NCBI GenBank assembly: GCA_045612345.1
Contig: JAZKYV010000040.1
Location: 13,749-77,748, forward strand
Length of the DNA: 64,000 nt
DNA from: Bacteroidales bacterium
Lineage (GTDB): Bacteria; Bacteroidota; Bacteroidia; Bacteroidales; F082
Direction: 5' to 3'
Shown here: positions 26,743-36,408 of the stretch, one piece after another
Numbering within the stretch: the stretch's first letter is position 1
Layout: every line of letters begins with the position of its first letter
The notes under the pieces: generated by a model
What the model was told of the DNA's origin: nothing
Database searches by the model: none
The model's input: only the letters and a program-made list of their open reading frames with translations
Made by a program: the position numbers and the translations under genes

Positions 26743-27180
26743 ATGAAAAGATTAATTCCTATAGCTTGCGATCATGGTGGATTTGCCATGAAGCAATATA
26801 TCATTGAAAGACTGATAGAAAACGGTTACGAAGTTAAAGATTACGGTACATTTTCAGAAGAAAGTGTAGATTATCCTGATTACATCCATCCATTGGCACA
26901 GGATATTCAAGACGGAGTTTATCCACTTGGTATCATTTTATGCGGAAGTGGCAACGGTGCACAAATGACAGCTAACAAACATCCTAATGTTAGAGCTGCT
27001 CTTTGCTGGAATGTTGAATTAGGAAAATTGGCTCGTCAGCACAATGACGCTAACATTTTAACACTTCCTGGTCGTTTCATTTCAAACGAATTAGGTTGGG
27101 AAATAGCTCAAGCTTATTTGACAACTGATTTCGAAGGCGGAAGACACGCTAATAGAGTTGCTAAAATTAACCTTAAATAA
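26743..27180 (+). CDS. rpiB: Ribose-5-phosphate isomerase B
   Basis: IACDHGGFAMK and ILCGSGNGAQMTANKH are RpiB/LacAB family motifs. The start is taken at MKRLIP. Confidence 0.9.
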   Translation: MKRLIPIACDHGGFAMKQYIIERLIENGYEVKDYGTFSEESVDYPDYIHPLAQDIQDGVYPLGIILCGSGNGAQMTANKHPNVRAALCWNVELGKLARQHNDANILTLPGRFISNELGWEIAQAYLTTDFEGGRHANRVAKINLK

Positions 27181-27189
27181 TATAGGTAC

Positions 27190-28566
27190 ATGAATGATAA
27201 AGGAATGATCTTTAACCAGAATGCAAGAAGAATTGCTTTCGACGATGAACATTATGAAAAAATGATGTCTCGTTACGATTCTTTTATGCAGAATGTTAAA
27301 GATCGTTCCAATTATTATTCAAATATAGATTTAGAAAAACAGAGAGCTTTTAACATAAGAAGCAAGGCTTTTAAAAAATTAGATAAGCTATTAGTCGATT
27401 TTGATACAAATTTTGTCAAAAACGGAGGTAACTTATTGTGGGCTAACGATTCAGACGAAGCCAGAAAAATGATTTATGATATTCTTAATCAGAATAGAGT
27501 AAAGAAAATCGTCAAGACAAAGAGTTCTACAATAGAAGAAATAGGGCTGATATCTTATCTTGAAATGAAAAAGATAAAAGTCGTTGAGACTAATATCGGT
27601 GATTTCGTATGCAGTGCCTTTAATGAGACTCCTTATAATTTCAAGTCATCGGCAGCTCATAAAACAACAGAGGAAATCGCTGATTTGTATTCTAGTAAAT
27701 TCGGCATCAAAGAAGGCTGCAATGCAAGACAGCTCACCGCTTTTACCAAAAACACTCTAAAAAAAGACATCTACAATCCGGAAGCTCTTATAACAGGTGC
27801 CAACTTTTTAGTATCTAATACTGGTACTGTAGTGTTGACTGAAAACGAAGGAAATATTTTAAAGTCAAGCGCTTTTGCACCGATACATATAATAGTTGCC
27901 GGCATCGACAAAATGATTACCTCCATGGACGAGTTGGGTGTGTTATTGCCTTTATCGTCTTTATATGATTCAAATAACAATTTATCTTCTTTATATTCTT
28001 TTGTCAACAAGCCATTGACTAATGATGGTGAGGTTCAAAAATTGTATCTTATATTACTTAATAACAATAGAACCAATATCTTATCAAAAGACAAACAAAG
28101 AAATATACTTTCTTGTATACAATGCGGTGCTTGTTTGCAAGTATGCCCTATCTATAATACTGTTGGTGGTCATACATACGAAGAATATAATCCTGGACCT
28201 GTCTGTTCAATTTCTTTACCTTTATTAAAAAACATAGAAGATACATCACATTTTTGTTCTTTATGTACGCTATGTGGCAGATGCTCAGAAGTTTGTCCTG
28301 TTAATATTCCTTTAAAAGATTTATTTATAGAAAACAGAAAAGATCTTATAAAAGCAGATAAATCTTTGGTTGGAGAAAAGAATTTTTTCAATGCTATAAT
28401 GAAAAAAATGACTAGCAGAAAAAATCTTGACAAACATAGCAGTAACTTGAAAGATATGGAATTAAGTTTTCATATAAAGAAAAAATGGGGATCAAAAAGA
28501 GAATTACCAAAATTTGCAAAGGAATCTTTTTCTCAGTATTGGAAAAACATTAATAATAACAAATAA
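27190..28566 (+). CDS. LUD-domain iron-sulfur protein (LutB-like)
   Basis: 458 aa with two 4Fe-4S ferredoxin-type motifs (CIQCGACLQVCP, CSLCGRCSEVCP) and a LUD/DUF162-like region. No lutA or lutC is adjacent. Confidence 0.62.
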   Translation: MNDKGMIFNQNARRIAFDDEHYEKMMSRYDSFMQNVKDRSNYYSNIDLEKQRAFNIRSKAFKKLDKLLVDFDTNFVKNGGNLLWANDSDEARKMIYDILNQNRVKKIVKTKSSTIEEIGLISYLEMKKIKVVETNIGDFVCSAFNETPYNFKSSAAHKTTEEIADLYSSKFGIKEGCNARQLTAFTKNTLKKDIYNPEALITGANFLVSNTGTVVLTENEGNILKSSAFAPIHIIVAGIDKMITSMDELGVLLPLSSLYDSNNNLSSLYSFVNKPLTNDGEVQKLYLILLNNNRTNILSKDKQRNILSCIQCGACLQVCPIYNTVGGHTYEEYNPGPVCSISLPLLKNIEDTSHFCSLCTLCGRCSEVCPVNIPLKDLFIENRKDLIKADKSLVGEKNFFNAIMKKMTSRKNLDKHSSNLKDMELSFHIKKKWGSKRELPKFAKESFSQYWKNINNNK

Positions 28567-28567
28567 A

Positions 28568-30088
28568 ATGAAGAAAACTATTTTACTTTTATTAGCATTA
28601 TGCATTACATCAATGATGTTTGCAGATAATTTTGTAATGGTCAAAGTTAAAGATCAACAAAATTTAAGAGAATTATTTAACAGCAAAGACATTAACATTC
28701 ATTATTATAATGATAATTTTGTACTTGCTACAGCTGAAGATCTTAATGATAATATGATTTTGTTAGATGATAAATCATTTGAAGACAATGATTTATATTT
28801 CATAGTTTATTGTGAAAAAGAAAATCAACAAAGCTATATTGAAAGAGAAAACGTAGAAGTTTTATTCAGCAATGAAGATTTGTTAATTGTAAAGCCTTTA
28901 GGTGAAAATTTGAATCCTGCTAAAAATGACGGTATGGTCGCCATTTCAAACCAAACTGCAAGATTAGCTCAAGCACACCGTGATTTTCCTACAGTAACAG
29001 AAGAAAATCAAGCTATTAGAGATTTGATGAATGAAGTTGACATCGAAAACTTAACAATTACAGTTCAACATTTACAAGATTACGAAAGAAGATACTATAA
29101 TTCAACAGAAGCATATGCAGCTGGAGAATGGATCTATGAACAATTTGAAAATTTAGGATTAGATGTTGAAGAGTTTGAATTCAAATATGGTGTAAACGAA
29201 TCATCACCAAACATCATCGCTACACAATGGGGAGCAAAATATCCAGATCAATATGTAGTTTGCGGAAGCCACTATGATTCATACAGTCACTCAGGTATGT
29301 GTCCAGGCGCTGACGACAATGCAACAGGTGTAGCAACAGTTTTAGAGACAGCAAGAATCTTATCTCAATACACTTTTGATTATTCAATTATCTATTGTTC
29401 ATTCTCAGCTGAAGAACAAGGTTTGGTTGGAAGTGCTGCATACGCAAAATTCTGTGCAGACATGGGTTATGAAATAATTGGTTATTTCAATAACGATATG
29501 AACGGATATTTACAAGAAGGCAGTGAAATTCATATCGACTTGATCTATCCAGACAATGTTGCAGCTATCGGTGACTATTATACAAGTTTAGCTGGTGTTT
29601 ATTTCCCAGAAATGCAAGTACGCCATGTAACTTTCAAATCAGGCGACAGCGACCATACATCATTCAATAATAATGGTTTCATGGGTATTTATCCTTTCGA
29701 AGATAATGAATATCATAGTCCATATATCCACACAGGCAATGATGTTATCGGAGCAAGTGTCAACTCATTCGAACAATCAGAACGTTTCACACACATGAAC
29801 ATCGCTTGTGTTGCAACATTAGCTAATTTGTCATCAGAAGGTGTTATGGAAAATGAATATAACAATGTTACTATCTTCCCAAATCCTGCTAAGACAGCAT
29901 TGACATTAAGAGCAGAAACAGCAGGTGTAAAAGAAGTTAAGATTATCAATTCATTAGGCCAAATCGTCAAGGAATTTTCATTTGAAACAACAACTACTGT
30001 AGACATTAAAGATTTAAACAATGGTGTTTACTTTGTTAAGATATTAGGTGACAATGTCATAACAAAGAAAATAGTTGTAAGAAATTAA
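28568..30088 (+). CDS. M28-family aminopeptidase with T9SS C-terminal sorting domain
   Basis: Signal peptide at MKKTILLL. M28 motifs are present (VVCGSHYDS, PGADDNATG, FSAEEQGLVGS, DSDHTSF). The CTD reads IFPNPAKTALTL...GVYFVKI...KIVVRN. Confidence 0.82.
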   Translation: MKKTILLLLALCITSMMFADNFVMVKVKDQQNLRELFNSKDINIHYYNDNFVLATAEDLNDNMILLDDKSFEDNDLYFIVYCEKENQQSYIERENVEVLFSNEDLLIVKPLGENLNPAKNDGMVAISNQTARLAQAHRDFPTVTEENQAIRDLMNEVDIENLTITVQHLQDYERRYYNSTEAYAAGEWIYEQFENLGLDVEEFEFKYGVNESSPNIIATQWGAKYPDQYVVCGSHYDSYSHSGMCPGADDNATGVATVLETARILSQYTFDYSIIYCSFSAEEQGLVGSAAYAKFCADMGYEIIGYFNNDMNGYLQEGSEIHIDLIYPDNVAAIGDYYTSLAGVYFPEMQVRHVTFKSGDSDHTSFNNNGFMGIYPFEDNEYHSPYIHTGNDVIGASVNSFEQSERFTHMNIACVATLANLSSEGVMENEYNNVTIFPNPAKTALTLRAETAGVKEVKIINSLGQIVKEFSFETTTTVDIKDLNNGVYFVKILGDNVITKKIVVRN

Positions 30089-30115
30089 TGATTGAAATAA
30101 CCAAACTATAGAATC

Positions 30116-32710
30116 ATGAAAAAATTATCATTGTTAATTCTCTCTTTATTTATGATATTATCTGTACAGGCACAGACTGTCATAACAAAGGATTTCAACA
30201 ATTATGAAGAAGATGCCATTTTAAATGGTCAGGATAATTGGGTTGCTAGAGCACATAGCGCAGGCGGCGGACAATTTAAAGTAGAGTATTTAGGTGGCGG
30301 CGGCGAGACATCTCCAGATGAATCTTTAGCTGTTTTCTTTGATAATGCTAACACTAATTACGGAGAAGTTGCAACACACAAGTCAACTCCGGATTTCCAA
30401 TTTGATTTTTCACAAGGCGGAACTATTGAGATAGAATTAGACGTCATGCGTAACTGGTGGGGAACAGTCTTTGGCGTTGGTTATGATGCTGACGGAGACG
30501 GCGTTGTTTTGCCTCCAATGAATTATGAGACAACACAGCCTAATCCAAACTTGTCAAGTAAAGATGGCGGTATCTATTTCACAACAACAGGTCATTCAAC
30601 TACTGATAACAGATTTGTCAATGGTATTGTATTGCCAGACAATAAATTAGCAGTCGACTTTAAATACGAACATGGAGGATGGACACGCTGGAAAATCATG
30701 ATTGACCTTGAAGCTAATGACAAAGAAGGTAGTGTTACATTATTTTCTGACTATGGATGTACAGGTGAATTTCAGCCAGTTCCAGAAATCCAAGGTATCA
30801 ATGCAGGTTTGAAGCCAGGTTCAGGCGATCGTTTCGATCCAGCTATGTGGGACGGTATCTTTTTCTTGAACAGTTCACATGCTGGCTACGATAACTTATT
30901 GGTTCGTCATATTCCAGCAGGTTTGGCATCACAGTTCATCGAATTCCCAATGATTTCAGACCAATTGATTTCAGCAGCTCCTATTGAATTGAACGCTACT
31001 GCAACATCAGGTCTTCCTGTCTCTTTTGAACTTCTAAGCGGTCCTGCTACATTAGAAGGCAACATCCTTACCATCACAGGCGAAGAAGGTGTCGTTAAGG
31101 TGAAGGCTGTACAAAACGGCGACAGTGAATGGCAAGCAGCTCCTTCTGTTACACGCACATTCGAAGTTATCGACCCTAGCAATTATACTCCAGAAATAAC
31201 AATACGTCGTCCATACGAAGGAACAATGGTTTATGTCAGCGACCTCGAATCACCTATTATGATAGTATTGAGCGCTTATGTTGAACATGGCGACGCTATC
31301 AAATTCGAGTCAGTGACATGCGACATCGATGGTGAAGTTGTTGAATTGATGACATCTTATCCTGATGATCCAGAAAACGGATATTGGTACACACAATGGA
31401 CTCCTACAAAATACGGCACTTTCAACATGACTGCTAATATCAAGCAATCAGGTGGAAAAGTCACAAGCGTTTCTAACACTTTTGAAGTGACAAATGAGTT
31501 CGATAACATCAGCGTTACAGCTTTTGATGGTGACCTTGTCATCACTCCACAAAACCAATATAACAACAAGGATTATGCTTTTCCAACACACGTCAATGCA
31601 TTTAACAAGATTGACTTGATCTATAATCACAACTGTGCTGGAACTTGCGATCCATACGACAGAGTCGGTTATTGCCGTGTGAAAAACTATCGCGGTGAAT
31701 GGGTTGAGCTTTATCGTTATGTGACACCATTCGGCGGTGAATGTGATGATAAGATGGACGTAACAGACTATACATCATTGCTCCAAGGTCTCGTTGAGTT
31801 TGAACTTTACTTCCAGACATGGGATGGTCAAGGTTATAATCCAACAGCTATCTTTGACATGACTAAAGGAAAACCAGAATATAAATATGTCAACGTCAAT
31901 GAGATATGGTATGGTATTTTCGACTTTGGTGATTACAGAAACAGACAGCCTATTCCAACAAGATTCTATACTTTCGATGAAAATGTTGAAAAAGCTAACT
32001 TGAAGGTTACCACAACAGGTCACAACTGGAGCAGCGGTAATAACGGAGCTTACAACACAGGAAACGCTGCTGAGTTCTATGATGGTACTCATAACATCAT
32101 TATCAACGATCAGAAGACTTACGAACAACATTTATGGAGAACATGTAACCCTAACCCAGCAGGCTGCCAGCCACAAGCAGGTACTTGGACTTACAACCGT
32201 TCAGGATGGTGCCCAGGCTCTTTGGCAATGGTTTGGGACTATAGTCTCGATGAATATATCAAAGGTTCTAAAGTTAAGTTGTTCTACGAATTAGATCCAT
32301 CATACATTGATGAATGTCATCCAAATTATCCTGACTGCGTCAATGGACAAAACAACTGTCCTAACTGTTCGGCAGCAGATAACCCAATCTTAAGAGTGTC
32401 AGGTCAGGTTGTTACATATAGCAATGAGATAACTTCTATTTACGCACTCTCAGGTGTTGGTGTTAAAGAACTTCAAGCTCCTTTTGAAGTAGGATTATAT
32501 CCAAACCCAGCGACAGACGTCTTGAGATTGACAACAGATTACGACAAAGGAAAAGTTTGTGTACATATCGTTAATATGCAAGGACAAGAAGTCCGTAACT
32601 TCGTCTTCGAAGGAAGTACAACGATAGATATTTCAGACTTCGCTCCTGGAATGTATTTCGTTAACGTAATCGGAGGACAATTAGTTACAAAGAAACTTAT
32701 CGTTAAATAA
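30116..32710 (+). CDS. PNGase F-family peptide-N-glycosidase, long form with ~450-aa N-terminal extension and T9SS CTD
   Basis: 864 aa. The C-terminal half aligns by eye with Elizabethkingia PNGase F: CDPYDRV vs CDEWDRY, GEWVELYRYVTPF vs GEWYEIGRFITPY, DVTDYTSLLQG vs DVTDFKSLLSG, GKPEYKY vs GTPDYKY, AAEF..THNIIIN vs CAEWCFRTHTIAIN, NRSGWCPG vs DRAGWCPG. The T9SS tail reads LYPNPATDVL...GMYFVNV...KLIVK. Confidence 0.82.
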   Translation: MKKLSLLILSLFMILSVQAQTVITKDFNNYEEDAILNGQDNWVARAHSAGGGQFKVEYLGGGGETSPDESLAVFFDNANTNYGEVATHKSTPDFQFDFSQGGTIEIELDVMRNWWGTVFGVGYDADGDGVVLPPMNYETTQPNPNLSSKDGGIYFTTTGHSTTDNRFVNGIVLPDNKLAVDFKYEHGGWTRWKIMIDLEANDKEGSVTLFSDYGCTGEFQPVPEIQGINAGLKPGSGDRFDPAMWDGIFFLNSSHAGYDNLLVRHIPAGLASQFIEFPMISDQLISAAPIELNATATSGLPVSFELLSGPATLEGNILTITGEEGVVKVKAVQNGDSEWQAAPSVTRTFEVIDPSNYTPEITIRRPYEGTMVYVSDLESPIMIVLSAYVEHGDAIKFESVTCDIDGEVVELMTSYPDDPENGYWYTQWTPTKYGTFNMTANIKQSGGKVTSVSNTFEVTNEFDNISVTAFDGDLVITPQNQYNNKDYAFPTHVNAFNKIDLIYNHNCAGTCDPYDRVGYCRVKNYRGEWVELYRYVTPFGGECDDKMDVTDYTSLLQGLVEFELYFQTWDGQGYNPTAIFDMTKGKPEYKYVNVNEIWYGIFDFGDYRNRQPIPTRFYTFDENVEKANLKVTTTGHNWSSGNNGAYNTGNAAEFYDGTHNIIINDQKTYEQHLWRTCNPNPAGCQPQAGTWTYNRSGWCPGSLAMVWDYSLDEYIKGSKVKLFYELDPSYIDECHPNYPDCVNGQNNCPNCSAADNPILRVSGQVVTYSNEITSIYALSGVGVKELQAPFEVGLYPNPATDVLRLTTDYDKGKVCVHIVNMQGQEVRNFVFEGSTTIDISDFAPGMYFVNVIGGQLVTKKLIVK

Positions 32711-32822
32711 AAATTCAGAATTTCAAAATATCAGAAATTCAGAAAAATTTAAAACCCCTATAAGTTTAACTTATGGGGGTTCTTTATTTTGAGGTTTTGA
32801 GATTTTGAATTTCTGATATTTT
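32711..32822. repeat. Octad word arrays flanking a terminator; perfect 17-bp inverted repeat
   Basis: AAAATATCAGAAATTCA at 32725-32741 and its exact reverse complement at 32806-32822. Both arms are made of YTCARAAW / WTTYTGAR words. The terminator hairpin lies between them. Confidence 0.88.
32751..32790. terminator. Rho-independent terminator nested inside the inverted arrays
   Basis: Stem ACCCCTATAAG / CTTATGGGGGT with a T-rich tail, and an A-run on the other side. It lies between convergent genes. Confidence 0.75.
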
Positions 32823-32828
32823 AACTAA

Positions 32829-33350
32829 TTATTTTCTGTCGAAGAAAACGCTTTTTCCACTGACTGAGAGTGGGAGAGCGAGTACCATGCTGCATTCTGG
32901 CATTAGGTTGAGTTGGAGGGCTGCCTGACCTGCTGAGAACATCACGCGGCTGTCTATTCTGAAGTCGGCTGCTAATGATGCAGCGGAGCCTATTGCGATG
33001 CCGAGGTCGTTGGCGTTGAAGAAGCAAGGCACGTTTTTAGGTTTTTCGCCGCAAGTTTTGAAGCCGCATGCTGCGCAGTTCAATCCGAGAGGACTTATCT
33101 TCATACCGAACAAAATGACAGCGCCGCTGTTCAGGATGTTTGCAGCGTCGCGGTTAAAGAATTCCAGATTATGTTCAATAGCGATTTCTTTCATCTTGTC
33201 AGACAATGCTATGATAGTGTCGTCGGTCGCCACTGCGAGCACGAGGTTATCTGTTCCTCTGGCCTTCGGTGCGGTGCGAGCAGCTGCCATCAATTTATTA
33301 GCAATATCTTTGATATTTTCGTTGCGGATGTCTTCTTCAAAAGTTATCAT
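32829..33350 (-). CDS. DUF2148 (ferredoxin-like, Cys-cluster) domain protein
   Basis: 173 aa with the LNCAACGFKTCGE cysteine motif characteristic of DUF2148. Confidence 0.62.
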   Translation of the reverse strand: MITFEEDIRNENIKDIANKLMAAARTAPKARGTDNLVLAVATDDTIIALSDKMKEIAIEHNLEFFNRDAANILNSGAVILFGMKISPLGLNCAACGFKTCGEKPKNVPCFFNANDLGIAIGSAASLAADFRIDSRVMFSAGQAALQLNLMPECSMVLALPLSVSGKSVFFDRK

Positions 33351-33460
33351 GATGATTTAATTTTTAAGTTTAATGAAAGACAAAATTAAGGAAAAAAAGT
33401 TTAGGAAATAACACCTTCTATTTACTAATTCTTATTAACATTTCTCAGAGAAATATTTAT

Positions 33461-33468
33461 TATCTTTG
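33461..33468 (+). promoter_or_regulatory. Bacteroidota -7 promoter motif TAnnTTTG (TATCTTTG)
   Basis: Exact match, 36 nt upstream of the metG ATG. Confidence 0.5.
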
Positions 33469-33503
33469 CACCTTAATTAATATATCATAAAACATTACAG
33501 ACA

Positions 33504-35564
33504 ATGGAAAATAACGACAAACATTTCAAACGTTACACGGTAACGACAGCATTACCTTACGCTAATGGTCCAGTGCATATCGGTCACTTGGCAGGCGTAT
33601 ATATCCCAGCCGATACTTACGTTCGTTATCTACGAATGAAAGGCGAAGAGGTTTTGTTTGTCGGCGGCTCCGATGAACACGGCGTGCCTATCACTATCAA
33701 AGCTGAAAAAGAAGGCTGCACTCCACAAGATATCGTCGATAGATACCACAATATAATCAAAGATTCTTTCGAAAAACTCGGCATTAGCTACGACATCTAT
33801 TCTCGTACAAGCTCAAAGACTCACCATGAGACAGCAGCTGCTTTCTTCAAGAAACTCTACGAAGACGGCAAATTCATCGAAAGAGAATCAGAACAATTCT
33901 TTGATCCAGAACGTAACAAATTCTTGTCAGACCGTTACATCATCGGTACTTGCCCTAAATGTGGCAACGACCACGCTTACGGCGACCAATGTGAGAAATG
34001 CGGTTCTTCAATGAGTCCTGATGAACTCATCAATCCTCACTCAGCTCTCAGCGGCGCTGAACTCGTAAAGAAATCAACAAAACACTGGTATCTTCCTTTA
34101 GACCAATACGAACAATGGCTCCGCGAATGGATTATCGAAGGTCATAAAGAATGGAAACCTAATGTATACGGACAAGTAAAGAGCTGGTTGGATAACGGCT
34201 TGCAACCACGCGCTGTTACCCGCGACCTCGACTGGGGCGTTCCTGTTCCTGTTGAAGAAGCTGACGGCAAAGTGCTTTACGTTTGGTTCGATGCTCCTAT
34301 CGGCTACATCTCAAACACAATAGAACACTGCGCTGAAAAAGGCACTGACTGGAAAAAATGGTGGAAAGACGAAGATACAAAACTCGTTCACTTCATCGGT
34401 AAAGACAACATCGTTTTCCACTGCATCATATTCCCTTGCATGTTGAAAGCTTACGGTGATTATATCGTTCCAGAAAACGTTCCAGCTAACGAATTCTTGA
34501 ACCTCGAAAACGATAAGATTTCAACATCACGTAACTGGGCTGTTTGGTTACACGAATATCTCGAAGAGTTCCCTGGCAAACAAGACGTCCTTCGTTATGT
34601 TTTGACAGCTAACGCTCCTGAGACAAAAGACAATAACTTCACTTGGAAAGATTATCAAGATAGAAACAATAACGAGTTACTTGCTATCTTCGGCAACTTC
34701 GTAAATCGTACATTGGTTCTTACACATAAATATTTCGAAGGTAAGGTTCCAGCTATGATTAACCTTAATGAAAAAGATCAGGCTGCTATCGAAGAAATGA
34801 ATCAATATCCAGACAAGATCGCTAACCTACTCGATAACTATAAATTCCGTGAAGGCTTGTCAGAATTGATGAACTTGGCTCGTCTTGGTAACCGTTACCT
34901 CACAGAAAACGAACCTTGGAAACAATTCAAGACAGATCCAGAAAGAGTCAAGACAGTTCTCGCAGTTTCATTGCAAATCGTTGCTAAACTCGCTATCTTG
35001 TCAGAACCATTCTTGCCATTCTCAGCTAAGAAGTTACAATCAATGATTGGTTTGGAAGTAAGCAGCTGGAATCAAGCTAAGGAAACAATCTTATTGAACG
35101 AAAACGCTACTATCGGCGAAGTCGAATTGTTATTCACAAAAGTCGAAGACGAGACAGTGGCAGCTCAAGTCAATAAGTTGGAAGAGACAAAGAAACAAAA
35201 TGAACTCAACGCATGGGCTCCAAATCCAATCAAACCTAACACCAACATCGATGAATTTGGTAAGATGGATATCAGAGTCGGTACTGTTTTAGAATGCGTT
35301 AAAGTTCCAAAAGCAGATAAGTTATTACAATTCTTGATCGACGACGGTATGAACAAACGTACTATCGTTTCAGGAATCGCTAAATATTATCCAAATCCTG
35401 AAGAATTAGTTGGCAAGCAAGTATGCTTCATCGCTAACTTCGAGCCTCGTAAATTGAAAGGCATCGTCAGCGAAGGCATGATTTTGTCAGCTGAAGACAA
35501 AGACGGAAGATTGGTTGTTATGTCACCAAGTCAACCTGTTGCTCCAGGAAGCAGTGTTGGATAA
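33504..35564 (+). CDS. metG: Methionine--tRNA ligase (with C-terminal tRNA-binding/EMAP domain)
   Basis: 686 aa with HIGH ([14 protein letters not shown]), a Zn knuckle ([18 protein letters not shown]), KMSKS-equivalent KISTSRN, and a C-terminal DIRVGTV...[10 protein letters not shown] domain. Confidence 0.95.
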   Translation: MENNDKHFKRYTVTTALPYANGPVHIGHLAGVYIPADTYVRYLRMKGEEVLFVGGSDEHGVPITIKAEKEGCTPQDIVDRYHNIIKDSFEKLGISYDIYSRTSSKTHHETAAAFFKKLYEDGKFIERESEQFFDPERNKFLSDRYIIGTCPKCGNDHAYGDQCEKCGSSMSPDELINPHSALSGAELVKKSTKHWYLPLDQYEQWLREWIIEGHKEWKPNVYGQVKSWLDNGLQPRAVTRDLDWGVPVPVEEADGKVLYVWFDAPIGYISNTIEHCAEKGTDWKKWWKDEDTKLVHFIGKDNIVFHCIIFPCMLKAYGDYIVPENVPANEFLNLENDKISTSRNWAVWLHEYLEEFPGKQDVLRYVLTANAPETKDNNFTWKDYQDRNNNELLAIFGNFVNRTLVLTHKYFEGKVPAMINLNEKDQAAIEEMNQYPDKIANLLDNYKFREGLSELMNLARLGNRYLTENEPWKQFKTDPERVKTVLAVSLQIVAKLAILSEPFLPFSAKKLQSMIGLEVSSWNQAKETILLNENATIGEVELLFTKVEDETVAAQVNKLEETKKQNELNAWAPNPIKPNTNIDEFGKMDIRVGTVLECVKVPKADKLLQFLIDDGMNKRTIVSGIAKYYPNPEELVGKQVCFIANFEPRKLKGIVSEGMILSAEDKDGRLVVMSPSQPVAPGSSVG

Positions 35565-35588
35565 AAAGACACCAAGTCTCTGTGACTT
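35565..35588. repeat. Short array of the GACACCRA family filling the whole metG/yraN convergent spacer
   Basis: aaagacaccaagtctctgtgactt. The first 13 nt (AAAAGACACCAAG, counting the last A of the metG stop) also occur downstream of radA at 49781-49793. Confidence 0.6.
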
Positions 35589-35955
35589 ATTTAAGAGAAG
35601 GATAGAATGCATCTTCAATGTGTTCTATCCTTTTTTCATTATTTCTGTCGATGACGATTGCGATGATGTCGAATCTTACATCGTTGTCGTATTGATAGCG
35701 ATTGACGTATGAATTTGCAGCCCAGATGAGATGTCGTTGTTTATAGACATCGACAGTCGCTTCAGGTTCGACGAGGCAGGTGCTGTGTCGCGTTTTCACT
35801 TCTACGAAGACGATGGTGTTACCGTCTTTTGCGATGATGTCGACTTCTTTGTGGCCGCATGACCAATTCTTTTCTAAGATCTGATAATTACGCTCCAGAA
35901 GATACTCCAAAGCGATTTGTTCGCCTAAGGCGCCAATTTCATTGTGTTTTGCCAT
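35587..35955 (-). CDS. yraN: YraN-family (UPF0102) endonuclease-like protein
   Basis: 122 aa with GEQIALEYL, EVDIIA, IVFVEVKTR, a PD-(D/E)xK-like core. Confidence 0.8.
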   Translation of the reverse strand: MAKHNEIGALGEQIALEYLLERNYQILEKNWSCGHKEVDIIAKDGNTIVFVEVKTRHSTCLVEPEATVDVYKQRHLIWAANSYVNRYQYDNDVRFDIIAIVIDRNNEKRIEHIEDAFYPSLK

Positions 35956-35975
35956 AATTTTTTTGGTTTAAGGTT
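35952..35975. repeat. 24-bp perfect direct repeat, copy 1 (CCATAATTTTTTTGGTTTAAGGTT)
   Basis: Covers the yraN start codon and leader. An identical copy lies at 36370-36393. Confidence 0.9.
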
Positions 35976-35982
35976 TAATAAA

Positions 35983-36012
35983 AGACTACAGACTATGGAC
36001 TACAGACTACGG
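35983..36012. repeat. Heptad array (AGACTAY/GGACTAC)x4
   Basis: agactac agactat ggactac agactac gg. It is inverted relative to 36416-36443, with a 12-bp perfect complementary core (GGACTACAGACT). Confidence 0.88.
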
Positions 36013-36022
36013 TTAGAGTGTT

Positions 36023-36373
36023 TTAATTATTTTTTAGAAATTCTCTTAACTTATAGATTTGTTTGGATATAACTGACAATTTTGATTGTAGTTCTTGTCG
36101 TTTTTCTGTACTGCAATAATTTAAATCTTCACAAAGGTAAAGCATACTTTTGACTTCTGCGCAACTTCCATAAGATATGTTGAGATAACGAATGTAAGTT
36201 TTATCAGAACCACTTTCTGAACCTTCAGCAATGTTGTTCATAATAGACAAAGAAGCTCTTTGTATTTGATCACGGAAACCATAATCATTACAAGTATACA
36301 TTACTTCATAAATGGCTTTGACAAATAATCTAGAGTCTTGCCATACTCTTAAATTTTCAAGATTTCTTTCCAT
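36023..36373 (-). CDS. Four-helix-bundle protein, 23S rRNA-intervening-sequence / DGR-Avd family (copy 1)
   Basis: 116 aa with the family signature DQIQRASLSIMNNIAEGSESGS...YL.IS.GS..E. Confidence 0.85.
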   Translation of the reverse strand: MERNLENLRVWQDSRLFVKAIYEVMYTCNDYGFRDQIQRASLSIMNNIAEGSESGSDKTYIRYLNISYGSCAEVKSMLYLCEDLNYCSTEKRQELQSKLSVISKQIYKLREFLKNN

Positions 36374-36393
36374 AATTTTTTTGGTTTAAGGTT
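36370..36393. repeat. 24-bp perfect direct repeat, copy 2
   Basis: Covers the four-helix-bundle ORF start codon and leader, 418 bp from copy 1. Confidence 0.9.
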
Positions 36394-36408
36394 ATTATTA
36401 TGATTGAT

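Noticed and set aside
36023-36373. Diversity-generating retroelement (because the ORF family includes Avd)
   Set aside because: There is no reverse transcriptase ORF and no template/variable repeat pair with adenine-specific differences anywhere in the window. Variation among repeat words is mainly transitions at several bases.
36023-36373. Genuine 23S rRNA intervening sequence
   Set aside because: No rRNA sequence is present in the window, and the ORFs lie between protein-coding genes. Only the architecture is IVS-like.
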